A stretch of 64,000 nt of DNA from assembly GCA_963816755.1 (NCBI GenBank), contig CAWFLN010000008.1:325855-389854 (forward strand), written 5' to 3'. Position 1 is the stretch's first letter, and each line of letters starts with the position of its first letter. Source of the DNA: an uncultured Solirubrobacterales bacterium (GTDB taxonomy: Bacteria; Actinomycetota; Thermoleophilia; Solirubrobacterales; 70-9). Both the position numbers and the translations under genes were made by a program. This document shows, piece by piece, positions 40,762-48,564 of the stretch. The notes below the pieces were generated by a model. It had not been told where the DNA came from, did no database searches, and saw only the letters and a list, made by a program, of their open reading frames with translations.

Positions 40762-41633
40762 GCGCCACCGACGAGGGCCGGCCGCTGCTGGTCTTTCTCA
40801 ACGAGGTCGCCGGTGGGCGCAAGTTGCTGCAGGCGGTCCGCGAGCGCCAGGACAAGGTTTCCGGCGTTGTCGTCGCGGCGCCGCAGAATCAGCCGTCGGT
40901 TGGCCAGTTGATCGACTCCGGCGAGCTGCGCAAGGCCGCCCGTGCCAGGGTCGAGGTGACGATGTCGGTGCTGAGCGAGTTCGGCATCGACTCGGTCGGC
41001 GAGGTGATGGACCCCGAGCCCTCGCTGGCGGTTTCCGACGCCGTCCGCGCTCATGAACCGGGTGAGGTCCTGCTGTCCTGCCTCCATGACACGCGCTTTG
41101 GCTTGACTCGCAAAGACCTGGTCGAGTGGGTGCGCGACCGGATCGAACCGGAGACGAAGCTGACCCATATCCCGGTTCGGATCGAAGACGATGCGATCCG
41201 CTGGGACCTGATCCACACCCTCGTCGTCGCCACCAAGACCGTGGCGGCCCCCGACCTGGTCAACCGCCTCAAGGAGCGCGCCGCCGACCGGGCCCACCGT
41301 TACACGATCGTCTGCCCGCAGACCGTCGACGTCAGTGAGGCCGAGATCGTCGCTGACCTCGCTTCGACGCTCGCCGAGCTCTACCGGGCCGACGTCGACG
41401 CGACCGGGCAGCCGATCAGCCCCGATCCCTTCCAGGCGGTCAAGAACGCGATCGAGCACTACCGGATCGACGAGGTACTGATCTCGACCTTCGCGGGCGA
41501 GGACTCGCGCTGGCTCGAGGAGGACCTGATCGGGCGGGTGCGCGAGATCACCGAGAAGCAGGTCGAGCACATCGAGGTGGGTCGTCCGGCGGCTGCCGTC
41601 GCCGCCGCCGTGGCCGACGGAGGGGAGGCCTGA
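40758..41633 (+). CDS. Tandem-duplicated USP-like alpha/beta domain protein inserted between ctaD and ctaE
   Basis: Intact ORF 40758..41633 overlaps the ctaD stop (GTGA) and the ctaE start (TGATG). Its two halves align to each other: LLVFLNEVAGGRKLLQAVRER with TLVVATKTVAAPDLVNRLKER, and GEVMDPEPSLAVSDAVRAHEPGEVLLSC with GQPISPDPFQAVKNAIEHYRIDEVLIST. Confidence 0.6.
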   Translation: MSATDEGRPLLVFLNEVAGGRKLLQAVRERQDKVSGVVVAAPQNQPSVGQLIDSGELRKAARARVEVTMSVLSEFGIDSVGEVMDPEPSLAVSDAVRAHEPGEVLLSCLHDTRFGLTRKDLVEWVRDRIEPETKLTHIPVRIEDDAIRWDLIHTLVVATKTVAAPDLVNRLKERAADRAHRYTIVCPQTVDVSEAEIVADLASTLAELYRADVDATGQPISPDPFQAVKNAIEHYRIDEVLISTFAGEDSRWLEEDLIGRVREITEKQVEHIEVGRPAAAVAAAVADGGEA

Positions 41634-42259
41634 TGGAGAGCGCAACGGTAGCCCTCGGACACGATCACCCCGAGGAGCATCACGGCCCGCCGGAGGCCAA
41701 CCAGAGCTCGCGCATCGACAAACAGACGCTCGGGATCCTGCTTTTCATCGTCTCCGAGGTGATGCTGTTCGGTGCCTTCTTCGCCTCCTATTTCTTCCTC
41801 CGCATCGTCGTCAACCCGTCCGCCTGGCCGCCGCACCCGTACGAACTGCCGGTCGCCGTCGCCGGCGTCAACACGGCGATCCTGGTTTCCTCGAGCTTCA
41901 CGGTCCACTACGCCCTGGAGGCCATCCGGCGTGGGAATCGCCAGGGGATGAAACTCGGCCTGATGCTCACCTGGATGCTGGGGGCGACCTTCCTCTTCAT
42001 CCAGATCAACGAGTACGTCCACCTTGGCTTCAGCGCCCGCGATCTCTCCTTCGGCTCGATCTTCTACGGCCTCACCGGCCTCCACGGCGCCCACGTGTTC
42101 GTCGGCCTGATGCTGCTCAGCTTTGCGACGATCCGCGCCTTCCGCGGCCACTTCGGCCCCGAGGCGAAGGACCATCTCGGCGTCGAGGTGCCGGGGATCT
42201 ACTGGCATTTTGTCGACGTCATGTGGCTGATCGTCTACGTAAGCGTCTATATCCTTTAG
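41633..42259 (+). CDS. ctaE: Cytochrome c oxidase subunit III
   Basis: Intact ORF 41633..42259 reads LGILLFIVSEVMLFGAFFASYF...FYGLTGLHGAHVFVGL...YWHFVDVMWLIVY. Confidence 0.9.
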   Translation: MESATVALGHDHPEEHHGPPEANQSSRIDKQTLGILLFIVSEVMLFGAFFASYFFLRIVVNPSAWPPHPYELPVAVAGVNTAILVSSSFTVHYALEAIRRGNRQGMKLGLMLTWMLGATFLFIQINEYVHLGFSARDLSFGSIFYGLTGLHGAHVFVGLMLLSFATIRAFRGHFGPEAKDHLGVEVPGIYWHFVDVMWLIVYVSVYIL

Positions 42260-42284
42260 CGCGGCCGCTGCAAACCGGCGCATC

Positions 42285-42365
42285 TCGGCGTCCTCGGTCG
42301 CTCGGATCGGGTCACGCACGGGAGTGCGCTCCCCTCACCTCGCTCCCTGCGTCCACCGACCTGCT
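42285..42365 (+). repeat. Family C intergenic repeat, copy C2 (sense to ctaE)
   Basis: ggcgtcctcggtcgctcgg...cacgggagtgcgctccc...cgctccctgcgtcc shares blocks with 61440-61500 and, as reverse complement, with 17345-17420. Confidence 0.6.
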
Positions 42366-42377
42366 TGGTTTCGCGGC

Positions 42378-42411
42378 CGTCCGTGAAGCGAAAACGTCCG
42401 TGAAGCGAAAG
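42378..42411 (+). repeat. 2 x 17-nt tandem direct repeat just upstream of a small ORF
   Basis: cgtccgtgaagcgaaaa at 42378-42394 and cgtccgtgaagcgaaag at 42395-42411, 8 nt before ATG 42420. Confidence 0.8.
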
Positions 42412-42419
42412 ATGGGTAG

Positions 42420-42602
42420 ATGAGGATCTCTGAGGAGGCGGTGTTTCGGTGGGTCGTGATCGTGGGGATTGCGGCGGCTTCGATCATCGCCCTGACCTTG
42501 CTGACGCGGCCGTTGGTGGGGGCGCTCTGGGGGTTGGCGCTCGTCTGCTGGGCGGCCTGGCACTGCTACCGCTGGCTTGCGCGGAAGCGGCGCGAGAGCT
42601 GA
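42420..42602 (+). CDS. Small two-TM membrane protein (60 aa), possibly an oxidase accessory subunit
   Basis: ORF 42420..42602 reads VVIVGIAAASIIALTLL...ALWGLALVCWAAWHCY. It lies downstream of ctaE on the same strand. No family recognised. Confidence 0.4.
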   Translation: MRISEEAVFRWVVIVGIAAASIIALTLLTRPLVGALWGLALVCWAAWHCYRWLARKRRES

Positions 42603-42660
42603 GACAAAGTTCTTGCACAGCGCAGACAACTCGTTACATCTCACTGGCTAGTCTGCCAAC

Positions 42661-42939
42661 ATGGCGGTCATGAGAGAGATGTGGAGCGACGACCGGCTCG
42701 ATGGGCTGAACAGGCGGGTCGACGATGGATTTGCACTTGTGGACGAGCGCTTTGAGCAGATGGACAAGCGCTTTGAGCAGATGGGCGACCGCCTCGACCG
42801 GTTCGAAGATCAGCTGGGCCAGGTGAACGTCCGTCTCGACGGCATACAGCAGACGTTGGTCCAGGCCGTCGTCGCGTTCTACGCCACCGCGGTCGCCTGC
42901 TTCGTCGCGATCATCGGCTTGATCCTCGCGCAGGCCTGA
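42661..42939 (+). CDS. Coiled-coil, tail-anchored membrane protein (92 aa), hypothetical
   Basis: ORF 42661..42939 contains the repetitive segment ERFEQMDKRFEQMGDRLDRFEDQLGQV, then a C-terminal TM helix AVVAFYATAVACFVAIIGLILA. Confidence 0.45.
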   Translation: MAVMREMWSDDRLDGLNRRVDDGFALVDERFEQMDKRFEQMGDRLDRFEDQLGQVNVRLDGIQQTLVQAVVAFYATAVACFVAIIGLILAQA

Positions 42940-43696
42940 CCGCACCTCGGGTGGATAGGTCGAGGATCGCCAGCGTCAGTGCGATCGGGACGGTCGCGGG
43001 CAGCTCCTCGACGGCGAAGAAGAGCAGGTCGAAGCCGAGGCAGAGGGCGACCGCCAGCACGGTTCCGCGCAGCTGCAGGCGCCGGTCGCCGGCGAGCAGG
43101 GCACCGAGGGTGGCGGCGATGAAGAGGTCGCCGAAGCCCATCACGGCGGAGCCGAAGGAGACGAGCTGGAGGCGGGGCAGGCCGCCGGGCGAGACGGTGT
43201 TGAGGACGGCGTTCGGGCCCTGAAGCAGGTCGGAGGCGACCAGCCAGGTGTCGATCGCTGCCATCGCGTAGATCCCCAGCTTCAACCAGCGGCCGGGGAC
43301 GACGCAGACCAGCAGCCAGCCGAGGCTGACGCAGGCCAAGGCAGACAGCGCCAACGCTGCCGTCTGACCCGCCACCGAGCCCCTGGCGGCCCAGGCAAGG
43401 GCGAAGAGCGGGATGACCAGCAGGGCCAGTAGTGGGCGGCCTCCGCGGGCGACGGCGGCCAGCGCCAGCGCCGCCAGCGGCGGGACCGCGACCAGGGCGA
43501 GGTAGGTGAGGAAGTGGGCGCTTGCCGAGTCGAGGGCGATCGCCGCGACCACCACCGCGATCGAGAGTGGCGGCACCAGCGCCCACCAGTTGCTGCGGAT
43601 GCCGTTCAGGAGCGGGTTCGCGGCGGGCCTGGGCACCGCCACGAGGGCCGCCTGCACGAGGCTGAGGATGCTGATCGAGAGGGCGAACGGGAGCAT
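42911..43696 (-). CDS. Polytopic membrane protein with a GxGD motif (putative presenilin/SPP-like intramembrane aspartyl protease)
   Basis: Intact ORF 42911..43696 has about 8 hydrophobic segments. It carries ...AMAAIDTWLV..., ...AVMGFGDLFIAATLG... and ...ELPATVPIAL..., in the order expected for the Asp / GxGD / PAL-like motifs. Confidence 0.45.
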   Translation of the reverse strand: MLPFALSISILSLVQAALVAVPRPAANPLLNGIRSNWWALVPPLSIAVVVAAIALDSASAHFLTYLALVAVPPLAALALAAVARGGRPLLALLVIPLFALAWAARGSVAGQTAALALSALACVSLGWLLVCVVPGRWLKLGIYAMAAIDTWLVASDLLQGPNAVLNTVSPGGLPRLQLVSFGSAVMGFGDLFIAATLGALLAGDRRLQLRGTVLAVALCLGFDLLFFAVEELPATVPIALTLAILDLSTRGAVRPARGSSR

Positions 43697-43760
43697 CGGA
43701 GCGGGGCCGGCGCCACGAGTCTAGGGCGGGCCGCCGGCCCGGCTCGGATCGGCGATGAGC

Positions 43761-44741
43761 TCAGCTGGCGGCCGCCGGCTCGGCCTTCGAGGGCTCCGCG
43801 GGCTCGCCGCCTGCCGGAGCGGCTCCCGGACGAGGCTCGAGCCGTCCGGCGGCGGCCACCGTCCAGAGCATCGCCAGCCAATTGCAGGTGGCGAGCGCGA
43901 CGTGGACCCAGACGATCTCGGTCGGCAGTTCCAGCCACCACTGGAGCCCTCCTACGGCTCCCTGCAGCGCCAGTAGGCCCAGGACCACCGTCAACGGCCT
44001 CTCGGCCCTCCTGTCGCCTCCTGGACGGCGGAGGAGGAACCAGACGCCGATCGCCGCGAGGCCGTAGACGGTGGCGATCGCCGCATGGCGCTCGACGACC
44101 CATTCCAGCGTCCTGGCGCCCTCGAAGGTGAAGCGGTGGACGAGCTGGCCGGCGTGGGCGCCGGCGTGCGGGCCGGAGGCGGTTGCGATCGTCCCCGCCA
44201 GGATCGTCAGCTGGCCGAGTGGGATCAGGGCCCGCACCGACCAGACGCCGAGCCGGTCGCTGGAGTGCCGCCGCTCCCACGGTTCATAACGCGAGCACCA
44301 GGCCAGCGCGAAGGACGCGTCGAGCAGCATCATCGAGAGGATGAAGTGGGACATCACCAGCCCCGGCGCCAGGTGGTACTTGACGACCAGGGCGCCGAGG
44401 ATCGCCTGGCCGATCACCCCCAGCGGCAGCAGGGCGCCGAACAGCGCCAGGTGCCAGCGGTAGGGCCGCCGGAAGAAGGCGAGGACGCTGGCGGCGATCA
44501 CGACGAAGCCGACGAAGCCGGTCAGCAGGCGGTTGCCGTACTCGATGACGGCGTGGGATTCGAGCGGCGGCGCCGTGCCGCCGTAGCACTTGGGCCAGTC
44601 CGGGCAGCCCAGCCCGGAGCCGGTGAGGCGGACGCCGGCGCCGGTGAGGACGATCAGCGCCAGCGCGCCAAGGGCAACTGCCGCCACCTGTGCGTAGCGC
44701 TCCCGGGAGATCTCGAAGCGGTCTTTGAGGCGTTCCCGCAT
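43761..44741 (-). CDS. ctaA: Heme A synthase (COX15/CtaA)
   Basis: Intact ORF 43761..44741 reads TGAGVRLTGSGLGCPDWPKCYG...IEYGNRLLTG...HAGAHAG.. and contains conserved His residues in TM helices. Confidence 0.85.
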   Translation of the reverse strand: MRERLKDRFEISRERYAQVAAVALGALALIVLTGAGVRLTGSGLGCPDWPKCYGGTAPPLESHAVIEYGNRLLTGFVGFVVIAASVLAFFRRPYRWHLALFGALLPLGVIGQAILGALVVKYHLAPGLVMSHFILSMMLLDASFALAWCSRYEPWERRHSSDRLGVWSVRALIPLGQLTILAGTIATASGPHAGAHAGQLVHRFTFEGARTLEWVVERHAAIATVYGLAAIGVWFLLRRPGGDRRAERPLTVVLGLLALQGAVGGLQWWLELPTEIVWVHVALATCNWLAMLWTVAAAGRLEPRPGAAPAGGEPAEPSKAEPAAAS

Positions 44742-44779
44742 CGTTGGGAATCATCGCAGCGGCCGTCTGGCCGCTGGAC

Positions 44780-45541
44780 TCAGCCGCCGGAGGACTTCGC
44801 CGGCAAGGCGGGTTCCGACGCAGAGTGCTCTGGCCTGGAACCGGTGCCTGCCGAGGAGCCCTTGCCGCCCGCGGTGCTTTCGACCAGGTATTCGACCAGC
44901 TGGTCGATTTCCTTGGCCGAGATCGTCTGTTCGAAGTTCTGCGGCATCACGTTGGGCGGATAGCCCTTGGCGATTTCCTTGTTCGGGTCGACGATCGACT
45001 CGTGCACCATCGCCGCGCTCTGGCCGGGCAGGACTTCGTTCAGGTTCGGTCCGGTGACCCCACCGGATTTCGCCGCGGCAAGGGTATGGCAGCCGCCGCA
45101 GCCGTTGTTGGCGAAGACCTGGGCGCCGGGCCCACCGGGGACGCTGGGGGGCGCCGCGCCCGGCACCCCGGCGTAGGTCCCGACGTAGGCGGCGACGTCG
45201 TCGAGATCCCGGCCGGTGACGACGTCGCGCGGCATCGAGACGGCGGGGTTGCCATTGTTCGGTCGCGGATACTCGACTTGAGCCTTGACGATCCCTTCGA
45301 TCGTCTTACCGCCCTCACCGGCGCTGCGCGCGGAGGCGAAGGCATCGTCGAGGTTGGGCCCGATCTGGGCGGTCGTCCCCGCCTGGGCGAGCGTGTGGCA
45401 GACGCCGCATTTCTGCACGAAGAGGATCCGGCCCCGGCTGGTGTCGGCGGTCGTAGTCCCACAGCCGGAAGCGGCCAGCGCGACCGCCGCCAGGGCGGCG
45501 AGGGCGAGCAGCGGGCGGATGAGTTGCGAAGGGCTGTGCAT
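44780..45541 (-). CDS. Di-heme class I cytochrome c lipoprotein
   Basis: Intact ORF 44780..45541 has the lipobox LAASGCG, two CxxCH motifs (CGVCH, CGGCH) and Met-containing distal segments (SMPRD, NVMPQN). Confidence 0.85.
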   Translation of the reverse strand: MHSPSQLIRPLLALAALAAVALAASGCGTTTADTSRGRILFVQKCGVCHTLAQAGTTAQIGPNLDDAFASARSAGEGGKTIEGIVKAQVEYPRPNNGNPAVSMPRDVVTGRDLDDVAAYVGTYAGVPGAAPPSVPGGPGAQVFANNGCGGCHTLAAAKSGGVTGPNLNEVLPGQSAAMVHESIVDPNKEIAKGYPPNVMPQNFEQTISAKEIDQLVEYLVESTAGGKGSSAGTGSRPEHSASEPALPAKSSGG

Positions 45542-45666
45542 ACGGCTGGCGGCGGCCGGAGTCTATATGGCGAGGCCCCGCGAAAGCGTGTTGTCGGGCG
45601 TCCCGATTCGGGTAGTCTTGAGTCGATCCGCACTATGTCCAGAACGCCGGCGAGAGGAGGCCGCAG

Positions 45667-46068
45667 ATGCAGGTGAGGGACGGGATGTCGGAGGTGTCGC
45701 TGACCGTGGGGCCGTCGCACACCCTGCGCGAGGCCGCCGCGATGATGGTCGAGAAGGGGACGGGCGCCGCGTTGGTCAGCGACACCGAGTCGCCGACGCC
45801 GGGAATCGTCACCGAGCGCGATCTGCTGACCTCGGTCGGCGGTGGCGAGGACCCCGATGTCGAGCTGGTCGCCGATCACATGAGCGAGAGCGTGATCGCC
45901 GCCGCGCCGGATTGGAGCTTGGAGCGTGCCGCCGCGGAGATGTCCCGTCGCGGTGTCCGCCACCTGGTCGTCTTCGAGCAGGCCGAGCTGGTCGGCGTGC
46001 TCTCGATGCGCGACATCGTCAGGGTTTGGACGAGCGATGGCGCCACCTCGGGGATGACGCCGGGCTGA
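45667..46068 (+). CDS. CBS domain pair protein
   Basis: ORF 45667..46068 reads ...GTGAALVSD...GIVTERDLL...HMSESVIAA...RGVRHLVVFEQAELVGVLSMRDIV. Confidence 0.8.
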   Translation: MQVRDGMSEVSLTVGPSHTLREAAAMMVEKGTGAALVSDTESPTPGIVTERDLLTSVGGGEDPDVELVADHMSESVIAAAPDWSLERAAAEMSRRGVRHLVVFEQAELVGVLSMRDIVRVWTSDGATSGMTPG

Positions 46069-46254
46069 GGAGGCGTGGAGCCGGTGGTGCTGTCCGGCTG
46101 CCAGCGGGCTGCCGCGCTCGATGTCCTCGCGAGTTGAGCTGCATCGCCTCGTCGGGCGACGCGGCGTGACGAGCGTAGTGGCATGGGATGTGCACCATGC
46201 CAATCTCTTGCCGACTGACCCACGTTTGCCGAGCACTACCGGACGATCGCCCGC

Positions 46255-46656
46255 CTAGTCTGCCCACCAGTCGCGCTGGCCGGCGACGTCTTCGCGCGGA
46301 GTCTCACCGAGATTGGGCGCGCCGATGACGAGGATCTCGAGGCCCTCCGGCCCGGCCTCGTAGCCTCGCCACGTGCCGGGCGGGACGCGCACCGCGTCCC
46401 ACTCCTTGAGCTCGACGATCTCGTCGTCGAGCTTCATCCGCCCGCTCCCGCGCAGGACCACGTACACCTCCTCCTGCGTCTTGTGCGTGTGGCCGTACGG
46501 AAAGCGATAGCCAGGCGGGACGCGCTGCCAGCTCAGGCCGGATTTCTCGAGTTCGAGCGCCTCGGTCGCCGCGCGGAACTCCAGGCCCGGCGCGCCGTCG
46601 AACCTAGAGCCGAGGTCCTCCAGATCCCCCTTGAGGTTCCTGAGCGTGAACGGCAC
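46255..46656 (-). CDS. Cupin domain protein
   Basis: ORF 46255..46656 reads ...PYGHTHKTQEEVYVVLRGSGRMKLDDEIVELKEWDAVRVPPGTWRGYEAG... Confidence 0.75.
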   Translation of the reverse strand: MPFTLRNLKGDLEDLGSRFDGAPGLEFRAATEALELEKSGLSWQRVPPGYRFPYGHTHKTQEEVYVVLRGSGRMKLDDEIVELKEWDAVRVPPGTWRGYEAGPEGLEILVIGAPNLGETPREDVAGQRDWWAD

Positions 46657-46767
46657 CGCGCAATCCTATGGTGCCGCGCAGGACGTGCCAATCGCGCTAT
46701 GTAACTTCGCCACCGGCCGCGCGGGCTCCTTCAACCCGGTTTCTGATCGTACTTGCGGACAGCTCTG

Positions 46768-47055
46768 CTAGTCGTTCAGGGTGATCTGTTCGACTGGCAG
46801 GGCGGCGCTCCGCACCTGCTGTCGGCGCGGCAGGCGGAAGTAATCGCGGATCGCACCGCGGACGAGGCCGCGGAAGGCCGCGATGACGAGGATCGCGCCG
46901 ACGACGGCGTAGACGATCGGCGGGAAGATGAAGCCGGCCGCGTAGATCCCGCCGACCAGGCCGAGCAGGCCGAGGGCGAGGAAGGCCGGCGCCCAGGAGG
47001 GCTTTGGCGTGTAGACCATCTCGCCGGGCTCGGGGACGTGTCGGTGCTCGCTCAT
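46768..47055 (-). CDS. Small two-TM membrane protein (95 aa), hypothetical
   Basis: ORF 46768..47055 reads APAFLALGLLGLVGGIYAAGFIFPPIVYAVVGAILVIAAF. It starts 4 nt after the stop of the 37-aa ORF. Confidence 0.5.
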   Translation of the reverse strand: MSEHRHVPEPGEMVYTPKPSWAPAFLALGLLGLVGGIYAAGFIFPPIVYAVVGAILVIAAFRGLVRGAIRDYFRLPRRQQVRSAALPVEQITLND

Positions 47056-47058
47056 CGT

Positions 47059-47172
47059 CTACTGGGCGATGTAGAGGAAGGCGACGACGAAGGAAAGGGC
47101 GAAGATCGCCGCGGCGAAGCCGCCGGCGACCAGCCCGGCCCGCATGTTCTTCCTTGCGATCTCGCGGTCCAT
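47059..47172 (-). CDS. Candidate single-TM micro-protein (37 aa)
   Basis: ATG 47172, within the frame of ORF 47059..47403, reads MDREIARKNMRAGLVAGGFAAAIFALSFVVAFLYIAQ. Confidence 0.3.
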   Translation of the reverse strand: MDREIARKNMRAGLVAGGFAAAIFALSFVVAFLYIAQ

Positions 47173-47221
47173 GGCCTGGATTTCTATCAAGCGGGGGGGA
47201 AGTCGGGGTGGCCTGCCTCGG

Positions 47222-47328
47222 GGGGGAGCCGGGTGCCACTCCCACGAAGGCCGTCGCGCAGCTGGGTCGCGTGTCAGGGTTCGGATGCCTGTCCATGAGC
47301 CTTCGTGGGAGTGGCACCCGGCTCCCCC
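47222..47328 (+). repeat. Family A hairpin repeat, copy A3
   Basis: Perfect 30-nt arms at 47222-47251 (gggggagccgggtgccactcccacgaaggc) and 47299-47328. The loop cgtcgcgcagctgggtcgcgtgtcagggttcggatgcctgtccatga is very similar to the A1 loop. Confidence 0.8.
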
Positions 47329-47427
47329 GGCGAAGCCGACACTCCGATTCCCCGAAAGCTCCCGTCTCACATCAGCTTCCGCCCACAAAGCCGCCGATCT
47401 CACCGAAGCTCGTCAGGGATTCGTGAG

Positions 47428-47530
47428 GTCGGCCGGGTGTCCCTCCCCCGCAGGCTCCCGGACAGACGTCCGAACCCTGGCAAGCGACCCAGCTGCGCGA
47501 CGGCCTGCGGGGGAGGGACACCCGGCCGAC
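47428..47530 (-). repeat. Family A hairpin repeat, copy A4 (inverted; sense to ctaB transcript)
   Basis: Perfect 28-nt arms at 47428-47455 (gtcggccgggtgtccctcccccgcaggc) and 47503-47530. The reverse complement of the loop is cgtcgcgcagctgggtcgcttgccagggttcggacgtctgtccggga. Confidence 0.8.
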
Positions 47531-47570
47531 CCGCGCCAACCCCTCACGAGCCCCCGCCAGATCGCCCCGG

Positions 47571-48494
47571 CTACACGTGGGCGTCGATTGCCATCGCCAG
47601 GAAGAGCAGGGCCAGATAGGCAAGCGAGAAGAGGTAGGTGCGCAGGGCCCAGCTGCGGTCGGCCGTGCGCAGCAGCTTCGTCGAGCAGTAGATGAAGCCG
47701 GCGCCGAGCGCCATCGAGGGCACCAGGTAGGCGACGCCGAGGCCGCCGGCACAGAAGGGCAGCTGGGTGACCGCGTAGAGGAGGACCGTGTAGAGGAGGA
47801 TCTGGCGCCGGGTCTCGTCCTCGCCCCGCACCACCGGGAGCATCGGGATGCCGGCCTTGGCGTACTCGTCCTTCATCAGCAGCGAGAGCGCCCAGAAGTG
47901 GGGCGGCGTCCAGAAGAAGACGATCGCGAAGAGGAAGAAGGCCATGCCGCTGAGCCCGCCCGTCACCGCCGCCCAGGCGACCAGCGGCGGCACCGCGCCG
48001 GCGGCGCCGCCGATGACGATGTTCTGGGGGGTGCTGCGCTTGAGCCAGAGCGTGTAGACGAAGACGTAGCCGAGCAGGCCGGAGAGCGAGAGTGCCGCCG
48101 CCAGGGGGTTGACGGTCAGCGCCAGCAGCGCGAACGAGGCGCAGCCGAGCAGCGTCCCGAAGGCGATCGCGGCGGTGGGGGAGATGCGGCCGGAGGCGAC
48201 GGGGCGATCGGCGGTGCGGGCCATCATCCGGTCGATGTCGCGGTCGATCGCGTGGTTGATCGCGCCGGCGCCGCCGGCGGAGAGGGCGCCGCCGAGGCAG
48301 GTGAGGAAGATCAGGCCGAGCGAGGGGTCGCCGGCGACGTACATCGTCGTCACCGTCGTGAACAGCAGCAGCGACTGCACCTTCGGCTTGGTCAGCGTCA
48401 GGTAGTCGCGGACCGCCGTCATCGCGGCGGAGCGCGGGGCAGGTGCGGCTGCCGTCGGGGTGGGCGCGGTCTGCGCGCCGCCGCCGGCCATCAC
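47571..48494 (-). CDS. ctaB: Protoheme IX farnesyltransferase (heme O synthase)
   Basis: Intact ORF 47571..48494 reads YLTLTKPKV...GAGAINHAIDRDIDRMMARTADRP...NIVIGGAAGAVPPL...FFWTPPHFWALS. Confidence 0.9.
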   Translation of the reverse strand: MMAGGGAQTAPTPTAAAPAPRSAAMTAVRDYLTLTKPKVQSLLLFTTVTTMYVAGDPSLGLIFLTCLGGALSAGGAGAINHAIDRDIDRMMARTADRPVASGRISPTAAIAFGTLLGCASFALLALTVNPLAAALSLSGLLGYVFVYTLWLKRSTPQNIVIGGAAGAVPPLVAWAAVTGGLSGMAFFLFAIVFFWTPPHFWALSLLMKDEYAKAGIPMLPVVRGEDETRRQILLYTVLLYAVTQLPFCAGGLGVAYLVPSMALGAGFIYCSTKLLRTADRSWALRTYLFSLAYLALLFLAMAIDAHV

Positions 48495-48564
48495 TCAGGT
48501 TCGCGCTTCTCTCGCTGCGCGAAGAACCGGATATGCACGCTTGCTCGCTCCGCGCTCACGCCGG

